A stretch of 62,997 nucleotides of DNA, filler included, from Licmophora abbreviata (lineage: Eukaryota), in the NCBI GenBank assembly GCA_900291995.1. It is 13 parts of 13 records of this genome, joined end to end, with 100 filler letters (N's around TTAATTAATTAA, not from the genome) between each part and the next. Parts side by side here need not be neighbours in the genome. Positions count along the whole stretch, not along the records: positions 1 to 5,484 come from OLMU01002540.1; positions 5,585 to 11,097 come from OLMU01002541.1; positions 11,198 to 12,579 come from OLMU01002542.1; 10 more parts are not named here. One strand, 5' to 3'. The notes under the pieces are model-generated. The model was not told the origin of the DNA. It ran no database searches and saw only the letters and a list, made by a program, of their open reading frames with translations. Below are positions 1 to 11,492 of this stretch, piece after piece. Made by a program: the position numbers and the translations under genes. How positions within the stretch are numbered: the stretch's first letter is position 1; the number at the start of each line of letters is the position of its first letter.

Positions 1-118
1 ACTCTTGAGACCCCTCCAACCAGCTTGTACGATGGCGAACCTAACAAAAAGGACGTGAACCTCCTCTATCTGGTTAGTAGCTTACTCACTTCTCTACTAC
101 GAATCTAGAGAGAGATCT

Positions 119-2205
119 CTAATACATGGGATCTCGCTGACGCGGAGCACACTTAATGATATCGTCGACGCGAAGAATCATCTCGGCCGCTTCGGACGAG
201 CTCAAAAGAACTTGCAGTTTCGACTTGAAGCTCTCCATAACACCCAACTCTTTCATATCACCAATCGTCCCCTTGTACATGTCCAGTCCGTATGTCGACT
301 TGCCCTGCGCATGCGCCGCACGCAGCTGCGTCACTAGCTCGGCCGAATCGTATCCACCATTGTCGGCGACGATCGCCGGGAGTTGCCGAAGGGCACGCGC
401 GAAGGCCGACATGGCCATGGCCTTCTTTCCGGGAGTGGATTCCATAGCGCGGTCGACAGCTTGAGCCATGAGAACTTCCGTGCAGCCGCCGCCGCAAATT
501 GTACGGGGCTCCCGGACGGTGGCAGTGAGGATGCACAGGGCGTCGTGGAGGGACCGTTCGGCTTCGTCCAAGACATGCGACGACGCGCCACGAAGCACAA
601 TGGTACATGCAGCTCCTGATTTGCATCCTCCAAAGCGAATGACCTTATCTTCTCCGATCATCACCTGCGATAGTGATGCAAAGGATAACGGGCGCGAAAT
701 CGTGAGCGTTGGTCGACGATAGCAACAAAATACGGGATTACGATGAGAGGCCCACCCATGTCACGGCTCACCTCTTCAATTACATCACATTCGCCCATTG
801 TGACTAGTTCCGGGTGATCAAACGTACTGACAACTTCTCCACCCGTCACGGCCGCAAGTCGTTCGACTCCGTCAAAGTCGGCATGTTCAATCGCCATGAT
901 GTTGTTTTCCGCAAAGATGGATTCGGGCAAGTTGTAAATGAGCTGACGGTTGATAAAGACATTGCACCCGTGTGCAATGATCTTGTCACACTTTTGTCGC
1001 ATTTTCTGTTTTTCCGCCTGCTCAATTTCGGCCACCTTGTTCATGCTGTCGACGCGCACACGCGATCCGTAAATCTTGATCTTGTCGGTATCCATGGACG
1101 TGTTTGCAATAAGAATCTTGGCATTCTCGACACGTTGAGGCTGGCCAATACCAATGGACTTGTCCAATAGAAAGCCATCTTCAAGATAACTCCCCCTCAG
1201 ACTCCCACCAGGCTTTTTGAGAATCTGAATGTGATCGAGATTCCCACTTCCATGCAGTCGCAAGACTGCATCGACGGCCAGTTCCGCAAAGTGCTGCTTT
1301 TCGTGCGTCAAGAGCTTGCTACTGAGCGTGGTCTGCGCGATCTGCAAGAGATCTTGACGAAACTCGGCAGGATCGGACGAATGATCGGTGGAGGCCTCTT
1401 CGAGGGCCCGCCGAGCCTCGTTCCGCGCCAAGCGCCACCCCTGCGCGATCGTCTGAGGATGAATGCGTTGGGCGACCAACAATTCCGCCTCTCTCCTGTT
1501 GTTGTTATAAGTGGAAAGCAGTAGAATAGAAAATGAGTCCAGATACTGGGCGCATTCAGGTACATACTCGTTGTGCCTCGGATAGCCACAACTCACAATA
1601 GCTCTCCACATAGCACAGCCACACTGGTCGTGCCATCCCCCACTTCCTCATCCTGCACTTTGGCAATATCCACCAGCACTTTGGCAGCAGGATTGTCGAG
1701 ATGGACACTGCGAAGAATCGTCGCCCCATCATTCGTAACGTTGACCCCCTGCCCGCCGTCTGGTGCAACACTCTGCAGAATCTTATCCATTCCCTTGGGA
1801 CCGAGCGTCGTCTTGACCAAGTCTGCAATGGCAATGGCGCCGACGAAACTACTGATGCGAGCATTTTCACCCTGATGTACGTTATGAAACAGAGAGAGCG
1901 AATGAATCAAACGAGGGTGAGAAAGGAAAGAACAAAAAGAGACACATGATGCGGGCACAGAGTATCAGTAACGTCGTCGTCATCGATGCGATTGTGTGAG
2001 AGTCTCGTCATTGCTGAGTAAGATTCCTTTCTGCAACACTTCGTTGGTGGAAGAGAGGAATCTTGGCGAGCGCGCACCTCTCATGCTTGATTCGATTCGA
2101 TTCCTGTCGACCGATTCCAAATGAACAGCTTTCATGACTCTCTGCCCGCAATTCTGAACATACCTTGTCGACGCTAGTCCCCTGTTCCATATAGGCTTGC
2201 TCCAT
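119..2205 (-). CDS. CCT2: T-complex protein 1 subunit beta (chaperonin CCT2), 4 exons: 2205-2164, 1871-1597, 1495-772, 664-119
   Basis: Chaperonin motifs [39 protein letters not shown]-beta-type C-terminus [13 protein letters not shown]; three GT-AG introns join the ORF pieces in frame. Confidence 0.95.
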
Positions 2206-2591
2206 GATGACTGTGCTGCTGTATGTGCGACTGGATAGTGCAAAAGACAACCGACAAAGAGAGAACGACCACAGCAAAGTCTATCGACGAAGCAGCCGCG
2301 GGTTTTGTGAGGTCCGGGAGGAAAGCTGTATAATGTATACCACGCCGATTATGAAGTATATTGCGAGGTTTGAAATTTCAGAAATCAACATGACTGAATA
2401 TAACTCAAGTACTCCTGCTGTCGGACAGACGTTGCGTACTTTTCCACGACACGGTGGTACAAAGCCCAGATCTTGCCTGCGTGGGAGGTCGTCGCGAACA
2501 ATCGCATTGCATTCGACCACGACACACACGCTGCTGGCTCTCTTTATTGTTGACGGACGACTGTATTCATTTTGCAGGACCTTTCTAGACA

Positions 2592-3338
2592 ATGGTACGG
2601 TCTGTGATGCGATCAGAGCGGAGTAACGGATGGAAGAGTCACGAAATGGTGGTCCCTGACCGGCGGATGTTGCAGTATATGCTCCGGTCCTGTGGATTCC
2701 TCACGCACTCACCCGTAGGTCTAGTCTCTACTGGAGAGTTGAGTCGGGTCACGGTTGGCACCACACGCAGGACCCGTGCCGCTGGTTCATACCAAGGACG
2801 AGGATGCCGTCGATGTCTGCGCGTTCTTGTTCTCTTTGCTGCGTTGGAATGTATCTCACCCTCTTTACTCCGCTGCACTGTCATTTCTCTCGCGCCTTTT
2901 GCTCTACCACAGTCGACTGGTGTGGAAGTAGACGACAAGGTGGCGGAAGCCTTTAACGACTTCAAGCTCAAGAAGGGCAAGTACAAGCTGCGATACTTTG
3001 TCTACAAGATTGAAGACAAGAAGAAGATTGTCATTGAGAAGGAAGGAACCATCGACAAGGACTATGACGATTTCTGCGGCGACCTCCCGGAAGATGACTG
3101 TCGCTATGGATTGATTGACTTGGAATTCAAGACAGACGATGGACGTCCCACTTCCAAACTGGTCTTTATTACCTGGAATCCGGATACGGCACCGGTGCGA
3201 CCCAAAATGTTGTACAGCGGAAGTAAGGAAGCCTTGAAGAGTGTCTTGAATGGTGTTGGAATTCACATTAATGCCACGGACCACAGTGAGTTGGACTTGG
3301 AAGCGTCGATTCTGCCCGTGGTGAAAAAGTTTGCGTAA
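2592..3338 (+). CDS. ADF: Actin-depolymerising factor/cofilin; ATG-only exon 1 (2592-2594), intron 2595-2912, exon 2 2913-3338
   Basis: M|STGVEVDD...CRYGLIDLEF...KLVFITWNPDTAPVRPKMLYSGSK is the ADF-H signature; GTACGG donor directly after ATG, pyrimidine tract plus CAG acceptor. Confidence 0.93.
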   Translation: MVRSVMRSERSNGWKSHEMVVPDRRMLQYMLRSCGFLTHSPVGLVSTGELSRVTVGTTRRTRAAGSYQGRGCRRCLRVLVLFAALECISPSLLRCTVISLAPFALPQSTGVEVDDKVAEAFNDFKLKKGKYKLRYFVYKIEDKKKIVIEKEGTIDKDYDDFCGDLPEDDCRYGLIDLEFKTDDGRPTSKLVFITWNPDTAPVRPKMLYSGSKEALKSVLNGVGIHINATDHSELDLEASILPVVKKFA

Positions 3339-3525
3339 AAGAGCAAACTATCAGGCGATTGTAGGATGATGGGAGCAACGTGAGGTTTTTGTGCGTCTGT
3401 TGCACCCGTACAGAGTCTCGCCGCTGGGAGAATGTCAGCATGATGATGTTGTGTAGAACAAGGTAGTCACTTTGAGCAGGAACCTAGTTTTCCGTAGGAA
3501 CGTAGTACTCGCGCTGTAGTGCTTT

Positions 3526-4891
3526 CTAAATTACAGCGCCCTTGCTCCATTGAAGGACCGATGTGGGAGTCTCGCCTCGGGATCCAAAGAGAGGGTCAAC
3601 CCATGTAGCGGTTGGATCCGTCTCCTGGGTGGACTCTAATCGATATGTGATGATGCTCCCAGGTACTCTTGGCGCTACTGGGCACACTCCCGATGCCACA
3701 TTCCGAGCAATTATATCACCTGGTGCCAAGTCTCCACCGCCCTCAGTGCCAAGACTGACCGTTTCCAGAGCCACGCTTACCTCTATCGTTGTGGCATCTT
3801 GCTGCTCGTTCTCAATGACAGATTCCACTTCTCAGTCGACACGCAGGACTCTCCAACAGACGACAGCCTACGCCCACCGCCATGGCGAGCGTGGAGGAGT
3901 CCGTAGTTGAAAGGATCTCCGCAACACGACGCAACACCACCGAACCGCCTTGTTGAAAGTTCCCAAGGTGTGCAGACGATACTTTGCGAGCGGCCGATAG
4001 TGCCACGTTCGTGTCGACTACTCGTACAGATTCACCACTCTCATCCCATATGACTTCATCTGATCTGACTTGGCCCAAGATGGCACTCTTGTCTAAACAT
4101 CTCATCCCGGCCTTTTCCAATGCATGAGACAGCAGAATACGGATTTCCGACTCGACCACTTGTTCGGCAAAGGCTTGTAGAGCAGCATCGCTGCCCTTAT
4201 TCTTCAACACGGTCGAACACAATTCATGCACCGCTCGCGTTTCAAACAATCCATCAGGGACTATCATGCTATGGTCTCTACACCATTTTTGAACAGACGA
4301 GCTGTTGGGATACTTGGAGGCCAGAGCAGCGACTCCTGCGAGTAGTTCTCTGTGTGGCAGTTCCATTCCACCCGGAGACTTCGCGACTGCATTGGACCAA
4401 AAGTTGGCATTCTGGAAACCCATCATACCAAACTCACCATTGTGAAAGGCTTCCTTTCGATGTACTAGACAATGTACATAGGTGGCATAGGACCGCGCCT
4501 CGGACCCAACACTGGCGTAGATGGATGGCCCATGCGCAAAGTGAATATCGTCTGGCCAAGATAATGGCGTCACGAGATTGTGACATTCGTCAGTCAATCC
4601 GTTTCCAAGAAGAATGAGAGACACAGAAATCCAGCCAAAATGGACGCGTTCCTTTGTTGTATCGCTCGGATCAGAAGTAGTAGATACAGGGAACAGATTG
4701 CCCAGGGTTCCTGGAATGTCTCGCACAAAGTCGAATTTGTCGAAAGCTTCATTTTGTTGCTTGAGCCGTACCGATTTCATTTCTTCTAACGACTGAAAGT
4801 GCATCGGAGGTGTGGAAGACGGTCCTAGCGACCAGTGAAGGGTAGGAATCGCGGCCAACAGCGACGGCGGGAGACCGGAAGTGACCTTCAT
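3526..4891 (-). CDS. Hypothetical protein; main ORF 4891-3812, probable C-terminal continuation 3828-3526 in the +1 frame
   Basis: 359-aa ORF with protein-like composition and a DECH...HCLVHRKE...NANFW motif; the second ORF overlaps its end with no room for an intron. Confidence 0.65.
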
Positions 4892-5343
4892 GGTGATGAT
4901 GGTTTTGTTGAGTGCTCAGGAAAAAGTTACGCGGCGCGCCACGAATGACGAGTCTTGGATGAATCAACAAGTCACGAGTCATACCGCTTACTAACGAAAT
5001 CGAGCGAGCGTAGCATCTACGCGGGTTTTCACTCGACGACGGCTCGACCGCAAACACCCGAACCTTCAAGGTACGACCATGGCGGTCTGTCGGACAATGA
5101 TTGGCACAGTTTTGGAAGCCGGTTTTGAGGCTTCGAGTATCATGGAATGGCTAGAATGTTGAAACGAAGTGAAGAAAGGCGATAAGGAAAGATCCAGAAA
5201 ACTCACTGCTGACGATCGTCTGCACGGCGTCGACAGCGCTGTGATGGCGACCATGTCACGACAGGACGATGTCGAATCGAAGAGCATCATCAATCTTGTA
5301 TGCTAGGCATCTTACCCGTTCTCTCCTCTGTTTGTTTCCACAG

Positions 5344-5484
5344 ATGCCGTTCACAAGTCTATCAGAATTGAGCGAGAATGAAAAGCAAGAGTTCGTAGCA
5401 TCCCTGGCTACGCTCTTAGTGGGTTCTGCTTCGGAGGAGGATGTGACTGCCGAAAAGCTGGAAGCCGTGGCGACTGCTAGTGGA
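5344..5484 (+). CDS. RPLP1: 60S acidic ribosomal protein P1, 5' part, truncated by spacer; probable 5'UTR intron 5071-5343
   Basis: EFVASLATLLV...DVTAEKLEAVATASG resembles the P1 N-terminal helices; ATG directly follows a pyrimidine tract plus CAG. Confidence 0.75.
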
Positions 5485-5584
5485 NNNNNNNNNNNNNNNN
5501 NNNNNNNNNNNNNNNNNNNNNNNNNNNNTTAATTAATTAANNNNNNNNNNNNNNNNNNNNNNNNNNNNNNNNNNNNNNNNNNNN
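5485..5584. other. Artificial contig spacer N44-TTAATTAATTAA-N44; the same spacer occurs at 11098, 12580, 26912, 34492, 43813, 45543, 48304, 53070, 54953, 57309 and 61189 (each 100 nt)
   Basis: Identical N-padded 12-mer giving stops in all six frames, 12 copies. Confidence 0.99.
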
Positions 5585-5659
5585 AACTGCAATATCAAAA
5601 CTCAGATTGCAATAATGGAAATAGGCACAAGTCCAATACAGAAATTCAAAACAGACTCA

Positions 5660-5839
5660 CCCTTGACTACCCCCTTTGTCTTGTTGGTGTTGGGCGTAAT
5701 CTTGGTACAGATTGTCCTGTGAGTAGTCGTTTGCATAGTCCTGGTAGTCTGGATAGTCTTGCGCATACTCCTGCGCAAAGACAAGAGTTGCAAGCAGTAG
5801 CAAGCCTGTGATTCTTGAGAACGGAAACAGCCTCATCAT
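5660..5839 (-). CDS. First exon of a signal-peptide protein with Q/D/Y-rich repeats (truncated by spacer)
   Basis: MMRLFPFSRITGLLLLATLVFA-QEYAQDYPDYQDYANDYSQDNLYQDY, followed by a GTGAGT donor. Confidence 0.7.
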
Positions 5840-6145
5840 CGTGGTGCGTCGAAAGGTGATGGCAAAAGAATGAAATGAGACTGCCTGCAAATCCAGACAC
5901 GTGGAGGGACATGCGCTCATGGATCGCGGGATGAGCGATGAGAGAAAAAGATTCGACGTCTGTCCACGCATCAGGGTGATGCTGGAGCGCTCTTTTCCGC
6001 GACGCACGACTTGATGCGGCGACGATCCACAGTCCACAAAAAGAACACTCGATCGACATCATGACACAAAACACAACGAGCATCGAAGAATAGACACAGC
6101 GAAGCTATATATTATCGCCCCTATCCTCTGCCCACATACTGCAGA

Positions 6146-7795
6146 ATGGGAAATAAACCCGTTCGAATTGGCCTCCGCGTCGACGAGAAGGTCTACGAGG
6201 CAGGAAGCGTCATGACAGGAAAGGTCTACGTCAACGTCAATTCCGAACTTAAACACATTCCAGTCGAATCACTCCAGTTGGCCCTAATTGGAGAGGAGCT
6301 AGTCGTTGTTTCGCATGATGAGATGACTGGAAATAGCGATTTCGATGCTGGACATCATCGGCATCACAATTATACACGAAACCTCAAGAATGTCGAACGA
6401 GCCTCATCCTCACTGGTTCACATGGACGTATCGCTCACACAGTTTCCAAGACAGAAGTTGAGTCCCGGACAATACGAGTATCCCTTTGAGTGGGAACTTC
6501 CATCCAATCTACCCAGTACAATGCATGTTCCCAAGGACGACTCGCACTGTGAGATACACTATCGTGTCATGGCCTATCTCAAAACGGGGAGTGGCGCTTC
6601 GTCGTCCTGGCAGCAGCCGACATTTTCAGACTCGCAAGTGATCTGTATTGCCGCGCAGCCTCCGTCGCGTGCGATCAGCAATGGCACGAGTTTGTCTCTA
6701 GATCCCGAAGAATTTCGGATCCACTCTTGCTGCTTTCATCAGGGAAGTGTATACTTGGGATGGGATGTTGACAAGACGGTAGCGTCGCCTGGATCGAATA
6801 TTGATGTAGGTATCCAGGGAGGCAATCATTCCAAAGTCGACGTACAGTGCCTGCGTGCAACCTGGACAGAGCGCATTTCATGGACCGCACATGGACACAG
6901 CGAAGAAGTCACGAGAACTCTAAGCAAAGCAGAAATTCCAGCTTCTGTTAGTTTCGCTTGGCAATCACGTCATCGAGGACACTTTACAGGGGGTGACTCG
7001 TCCCAATCGCGAGTGTTGGCCAAATTGCAGCTTCCTCCCGACGCACGCGACACGTACGATGGGCGTTTGATTCGCGTACTGCATACACTTACCGTTACGG
7101 CAGTCACACCGGGCATGTGTTTCGTGACAAGTCCCGAGTCAAGTGCCTTGGTACGTGTGCAACGCAAAGAGCCGAGTTGTAGTGGTGCGGCTGTCGCGAT
7201 GGCGACACCTGTACCGACGGCACCCACAGCATACGACTTTGTGGACGATGCAACTGACTACCAACCTACCATGGTGGAAGCAAACTTGCTACCGGAGGAT
7301 TGGACGCCACAGCAAGCGGACGTCGTGACACTTCCCGTCTCGTCGGCTGTCATTTTGGACACTGATAACACGACGGCGTCGGCTCCGGACGAGTCGCTCA
7401 TGGCGAGTACTGCCTACGGCACTACCGCGAAATCCCAGCTCCAGCTCGCACTGTCCCAGTCTTACCAGGATCCCGTTGAAACTCTCCTCGCACTACTTCG
7501 AGACCCATCCATGGTGACATGCGTACAAAACTTGACTCCCTCTGAGTTTGTAGAAGTGGTGATCTGCAGTCCTTCTAAATTGCCCCCTACAGCACGCTTG
7601 TTGGCAGGCACTATGGATACTCACTTTACCTGTCAGCATGTGCTCGCTTGTCTGTGGGGACTGCCCCCCGACGTGCGTTTCGAAGTTGTCCGCCAAGTGG
7701 CGCCGCTTGCCAGTGACCTCAATGCGAAACAAGCCATCATTGAGCAGCAACTGGATGAAACAGAACTTTTGCATTTTCGAGCGGCACTCAAGTAA
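6146..7795 (+). CDS. Arrestin-domain protein (alpha-arrestin-like)
   Basis: Arrestin_N-like motifs YEAGSVMTGKV and PGQYEYPFEWELPSNLPST...EIHYRV; intronless 549-aa ORF. Confidence 0.8.
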   Translation: MGNKPVRIGLRVDEKVYEAGSVMTGKVYVNVNSELKHIPVESLQLALIGEELVVVSHDEMTGNSDFDAGHHRHHNYTRNLKNVERASSSLVHMDVSLTQFPRQKLSPGQYEYPFEWELPSNLPSTMHVPKDDSHCEIHYRVMAYLKTGSGASSSWQQPTFSDSQVICIAAQPPSRAISNGTSLSLDPEEFRIHSCCFHQGSVYLGWDVDKTVASPGSNIDVGIQGGNHSKVDVQCLRATWTERISWTAHGHSEEVTRTLSKAEIPASVSFAWQSRHRGHFTGGDSSQSRVLAKLQLPPDARDTYDGRLIRVLHTLTVTAVTPGMCFVTSPESSALVRVQRKEPSCSGAAVAMATPVPTAPTAYDFVDDATDYQPTMVEANLLPEDWTPQQADVVTLPVSSAVILDTDNTTASAPDESLMASTAYGTTAKSQLQLALSQSYQDPVETLLALLRDPSMVTCVQNLTPSEFVEVVICSPSKLPPTARLLAGTMDTHFTCQHVLACLWGLPPDVRFEVVRQVAPLASDLNAKQAIIEQQLDETELLHFRAALK

Positions 7796-7837
7796 CATGC
7801 TACTCCCTCCTCCTAGTATAGTGTGCTAGTAAAAATT

Positions 7838-8806
7838 CTAATCAATGAACAGCTGCTTGTGCTTGTAAAATGGCACCTTTTCCTTGTAAGTGTCGAAGAG
7901 TCTTGTAACTTCTTGACAGTACTTCTGATGCCAATGATTAACATCCTCGTCGGACGGGTTGGGACGATGCGGCAAACCCAATGGTTTGCCACGAGCGTAC
8001 AGACACTTGTTGCTCCGTGGGATCGGCAGCCCAAACTTGCCCCAGTAGTAGGTCAACGACACTCCCGACTTGCGAGAAAACCAGGCCAACGGTCCGCTCT
8101 TCCAGACGGTCAAGACGCTCGTATTGCCAAAGAGATAGCACGGCACGACATCAATCCCCTGCCGCAATGCTAGTTTGATAAATCCCTTGCGCTGACTCAA
8201 AAACAAACGTTCCTCTTTTTCGCAGCTCTTGAACAATTCCGCAATGCCACCCACGTACAATACCAGACTGCCGTCAATGCCTTCGTTTTGTTCCAAGTGA
8301 CGAATCATGCTTGCCTTGCTAGCATCCACAAGTCCAAAGATCCCCATGACATGTTTGAGGATGGGCGTGTAAAGGAGGGCACTGGCGACGGCTGTATGAA
8401 TCCGCCCGAGATCGGGAGGGGCGTTGGATGCAGCGCAAAAGCCCACATAGGACAAGACGCCGTGGGGCTGGAAGCAGAGCAGGACCTTTTTGTTGTGTTT
8501 GAGTCGATTGCGGCAGTCCTCGTCGGTAAGTTCAAAGCATTCCTCGTATTGAAAGTAGTCGCGCATGGGCGAGAGCATCTTGCAAATCGCAGTGGAGTGT
8601 ATGGGAGGAAGCGCAATGGAGAGCAACATGGGAGCCGAGATCAACAGCGCAGTTTTGGTTGGTAGGACAACGAAGGCGACGAGACACGAGAGAACGTAGA
8701 TTGGGGCCAAAAAGTATATTAGACTGAACACAGTAGCCATGACCATGCCCAGACACCATCGTGGAGAGCCCTCTTTGGCATAATCGTACTGGGAGGAGGT
8801 TGCCAT
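7838..8806 (-). CDS. DGAT2: Diacylglycerol acyltransferase type 2 (DAGAT family)
   Basis: N-terminal TM segment, YF motif, QPHG (HPHG-like), GGIAE, RKGFIKLAL, VVPCYLFG. Confidence 0.9.
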   Translation of the reverse strand: MATSSQYDYAKEGSPRWCLGMVMATVFSLIYFLAPIYVLSCLVAFVVLPTKTALLISAPMLLSIALPPIHSTAICKMLSPMRDYFQYEECFELTDEDCRNRLKHNKKVLLCFQPHGVLSYVGFCAASNAPPDLGRIHTAVASALLYTPILKHVMGIFGLVDASKASMIRHLEQNEGIDGSLVLYVGGIAELFKSCEKEERLFLSQRKGFIKLALRQGIDVVPCYLFGNTSVLTVWKSGPLAWFSRKSGVSLTYYWGKFGLPIPRSNKCLYARGKPLGLPHRPNPSDEDVNHWHQKYCQEVTRLFDTYKEKVPFYKHKQLFID

Positions 8807-9022
8807 GGTGCTTGTCAAAGCTGTGAACGAAACAAAACATGCACTCTGACATGGTTGTTGGCGTCGCGCACCGCGCCGGGTGACGTCGAAAGAGAACTCC
8901 AAAAATGTCTTGCAGCAAACCAGCAGATGAACTCATCATCGGCGTCGCTGTGATGCGGATTGATACAGTTTGTTCATCAGTCGCTCTTCGGTCTACTCCT
9001 TTCCCAGGCCTTCCATTGAACC

Positions 9023-11059
9023 ATGCTGCGCGTTGCTCGGCCTATGAGAGAGCGCTGGTCGCTGCTGTCCTGCTCGAAACTCGTCAAATCACCCGAGCGT
9101 TCTCGTTTCATCCGCCAACGGCGCCCCCAGACAGGCGGTGCCATGATGGGTGGCGGCTTACCTCCCCTTCCTGACAAGTCGGAACTATCTTCTCGTCACT
9201 TGCAAGTCCGAATCGCACGAACCTTACTTCAGCACGTCTGGCCGAGCAAGGAAGAGCTCGAAAAGAAGACTCCCGAGAAGCGACAGCTCGCTCAGCAAAA
9301 CAAGCGTCGTGTCGCAGGGAGCATCGGACTCATGCTTGGAGGCAAGGGTGTCACCATCACAGTGCCCTATATGTTCAAATATCTAGTCGATTCGTTGCCG
9401 GTGGCGAGCGACGTTGCATCCGATGCAGCCATGGCTGCCAGCACTATGACGACAGACCCCGTTGTACTCTCGACAGTACCTCTCACGCTCGTATTGGGCT
9501 ATGGTGTATCCCGAGCTGCCGCCAGTGGTATGCAAGAGTGGCGCAATGCAGTCTTTGCGCATGTCGCTCAGGCAGCAATAAGGAGAGTTGGTCGCAATGT
9601 TTTTGATCACGTCCATCGATTGGACCTCCAATTTCATCTTTCTCGCAACACCGGTCAACTCTCACGGGTGCTCGACAGGGGCAATCGCAGTATTTCGTTC
9701 GTTCTGAATGCCATGATTTTCAACATTGTTCCAACCGCCATTGAACTTTCAGTGGTAACTTCCATACTGGCCTACAGCTTTGGCGCAAGCCACGTCAGTG
9801 TCGTGCTGGGGACGATTGCAGCCTATACTGGCTATACCATAGGCATTACACAATGGCGAACTCAGTTTCGACGCGACATGAATCGTTTGGAAAATGAAGC
9901 CTCCGGACGTGTGGTTGACTCGTTGCTAAATTATGAAACCGTCCAGTACTTTAACAATGCACAGCATGAAGGAGAGTTATACGAAACCAAGCTGCAGGGC
10001 TATCAAAAGGCCGCACTCCAAGCGCAGCGGTCCTTGTCGCTCCTGAATTTTGGACAAGCCGTCATCTTTTCGACCGGACTCACCTCCATCATGTACTTGA
10101 CGGCACAGGATGTAGCGAATGGAACTGCCACGGTTGGGGATCTGGTTTTAGTGAACGGGCTTTTGTTTCAATTGAGCATTCCATTGAACTTCATTGGAAG
10201 TGTCTATCGAGAGGTCAAGCAAGCCTTCATAGACATGGAAGCCATGTTTACACTCTCGGATACCAAACCGGCCATTTTGGATGCCCCTACCGCAATTCAC
10301 TACAATCCGTCTACCATGGGTACCGACATGACTTTTTCCGACTTGCATTTTGCCTATCCCTCGAAACACGAGCGCCCCATCTTGCAGGGTTTGTCCTTTG
10401 ACGTACAACAGGGAAAGACGGTCGCGTTGGTCGGCTCGTCCGGGTGCGGGAAGAGTACCATCCTACGAGTCCTCTATCGATTCTACGATCTTCCTAAAGG
10501 ACAAATCACAGTAGGCGGATGTCCCCTCGAGGACATGACAACCGACTCGCTGCGTCGCGCTATTGCGGTGGTGCCACAAGATACAGTCGTGTTTCATGAT
10601 TCGATAGGATACAATATTCACTACGGCGACTTGTCGGCATCATGGGAAGAAGTGGAGGAAGCCGCCAAGAAGGCGAGAATACACGATACCATCATGAGCT
10701 TTCCAGAGGGATACGACTCGGTAGTAGGAGAACGAGGCCTCAAGCTATCGGGAGGCGAAAAGCAACGAGTTGCGATTGCCCGCGCCATTCTCAAAAAGGC
10801 CCCCATCCTACTGTGCGACGAGCCCACGTCCAGCTTGGATTCGGAAACGGAAACTGACATCATGAACAATCTCAAGGAAGTCGGGAGGAGTACGACGACC
10901 ATGATAATTGCGCATCGACTGAGTACGATTCAAGACTGTGATGAGATTATCGTCCTTCACGAGGGCAAGGTGGTCGAGCGTGGGACTCACGATGAGTTGT
11001 TGGCAATGGGTGGGCGATACAATGAGTTGTTACACATGCAACAGCAGCAGCAAGATTGA
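9023..11059 (+). CDS. ATM1: Mitochondrial ABC half-transporter ATM1/ABCB7
   Basis: Arg-rich presequence, [32 protein letters not shown], Walker [18 protein letters not shown]. Confidence 0.93.
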   Translation: MLRVARPMRERWSLLSCSKLVKSPERSRFIRQRRPQTGGAMMGGGLPPLPDKSELSSRHLQVRIARTLLQHVWPSKEELEKKTPEKRQLAQQNKRRVAGSIGLMLGGKGVTITVPYMFKYLVDSLPVASDVASDAAMAASTMTTDPVVLSTVPLTLVLGYGVSRAAASGMQEWRNAVFAHVAQAAIRRVGRNVFDHVHRLDLQFHLSRNTGQLSRVLDRGNRSISFVLNAMIFNIVPTAIELSVVTSILAYSFGASHVSVVLGTIAAYTGYTIGITQWRTQFRRDMNRLENEASGRVVDSLLNYETVQYFNNAQHEGELYETKLQGYQKAALQAQRSLSLLNFGQAVIFSTGLTSIMYLTAQDVANGTATVGDLVLVNGLLFQLSIPLNFIGSVYREVKQAFIDMEAMFTLSDTKPAILDAPTAIHYNPSTMGTDMTFSDLHFAYPSKHERPILQGLSFDVQQGKTVALVGSSGCGKSTILRVLYRFYDLPKGQITVGGCPLEDMTTDSLRRAIAVVPQDTVVFHDSIGYNIHYGDLSASWEEVEEAAKKARIHDTIMSFPEGYDSVVGERGLKLSGGEKQRVAIARAILKKAPILLCDEPTSSLDSETETDIMNNLKEVGRSTTTMIIAHRLSTIQDCDEIIVLHEGKVVERGTHDELLAMGGRYNELLHMQQQQQD

Positions 11060-11492
11060 CGTATGAGTAGACGAACGCAATGATGTGGAACTGACGGNNN
11101 NNNNNNNNNNNNNNNNNNNNNNNNNNNNNNNNNNNNNNNNNTTAATTAATTAANNNNNNNNNNNNNNNNNNNNNNNNNNNNNNNNNNNNNNNNNNNNCGT
11201 TTCGAAGAGTGTAGCCACCGTGCGCTGGCCAGACGCGCCCACTCCATAGCCGCAAAACCAAAAATTGCGCGCCATTGGTGCGATGATGTGATGGCTGCTG
11301 ATGAAGATGGCAACAAAAAAAACAAAGCACACACATATCACCACATCATCCCCCCAATAAGACTAGAACTCCTGTCGCTGCTGTGCCGTTCCTCATACAT
11401 CCAATCACCATCCGAATCTTTCCCTTTAACCGGAAGTCCTTTCAATATCCTCGTCTTTCTTTTTAGAAAGGTACTCTAAAAGTTCATCGATC

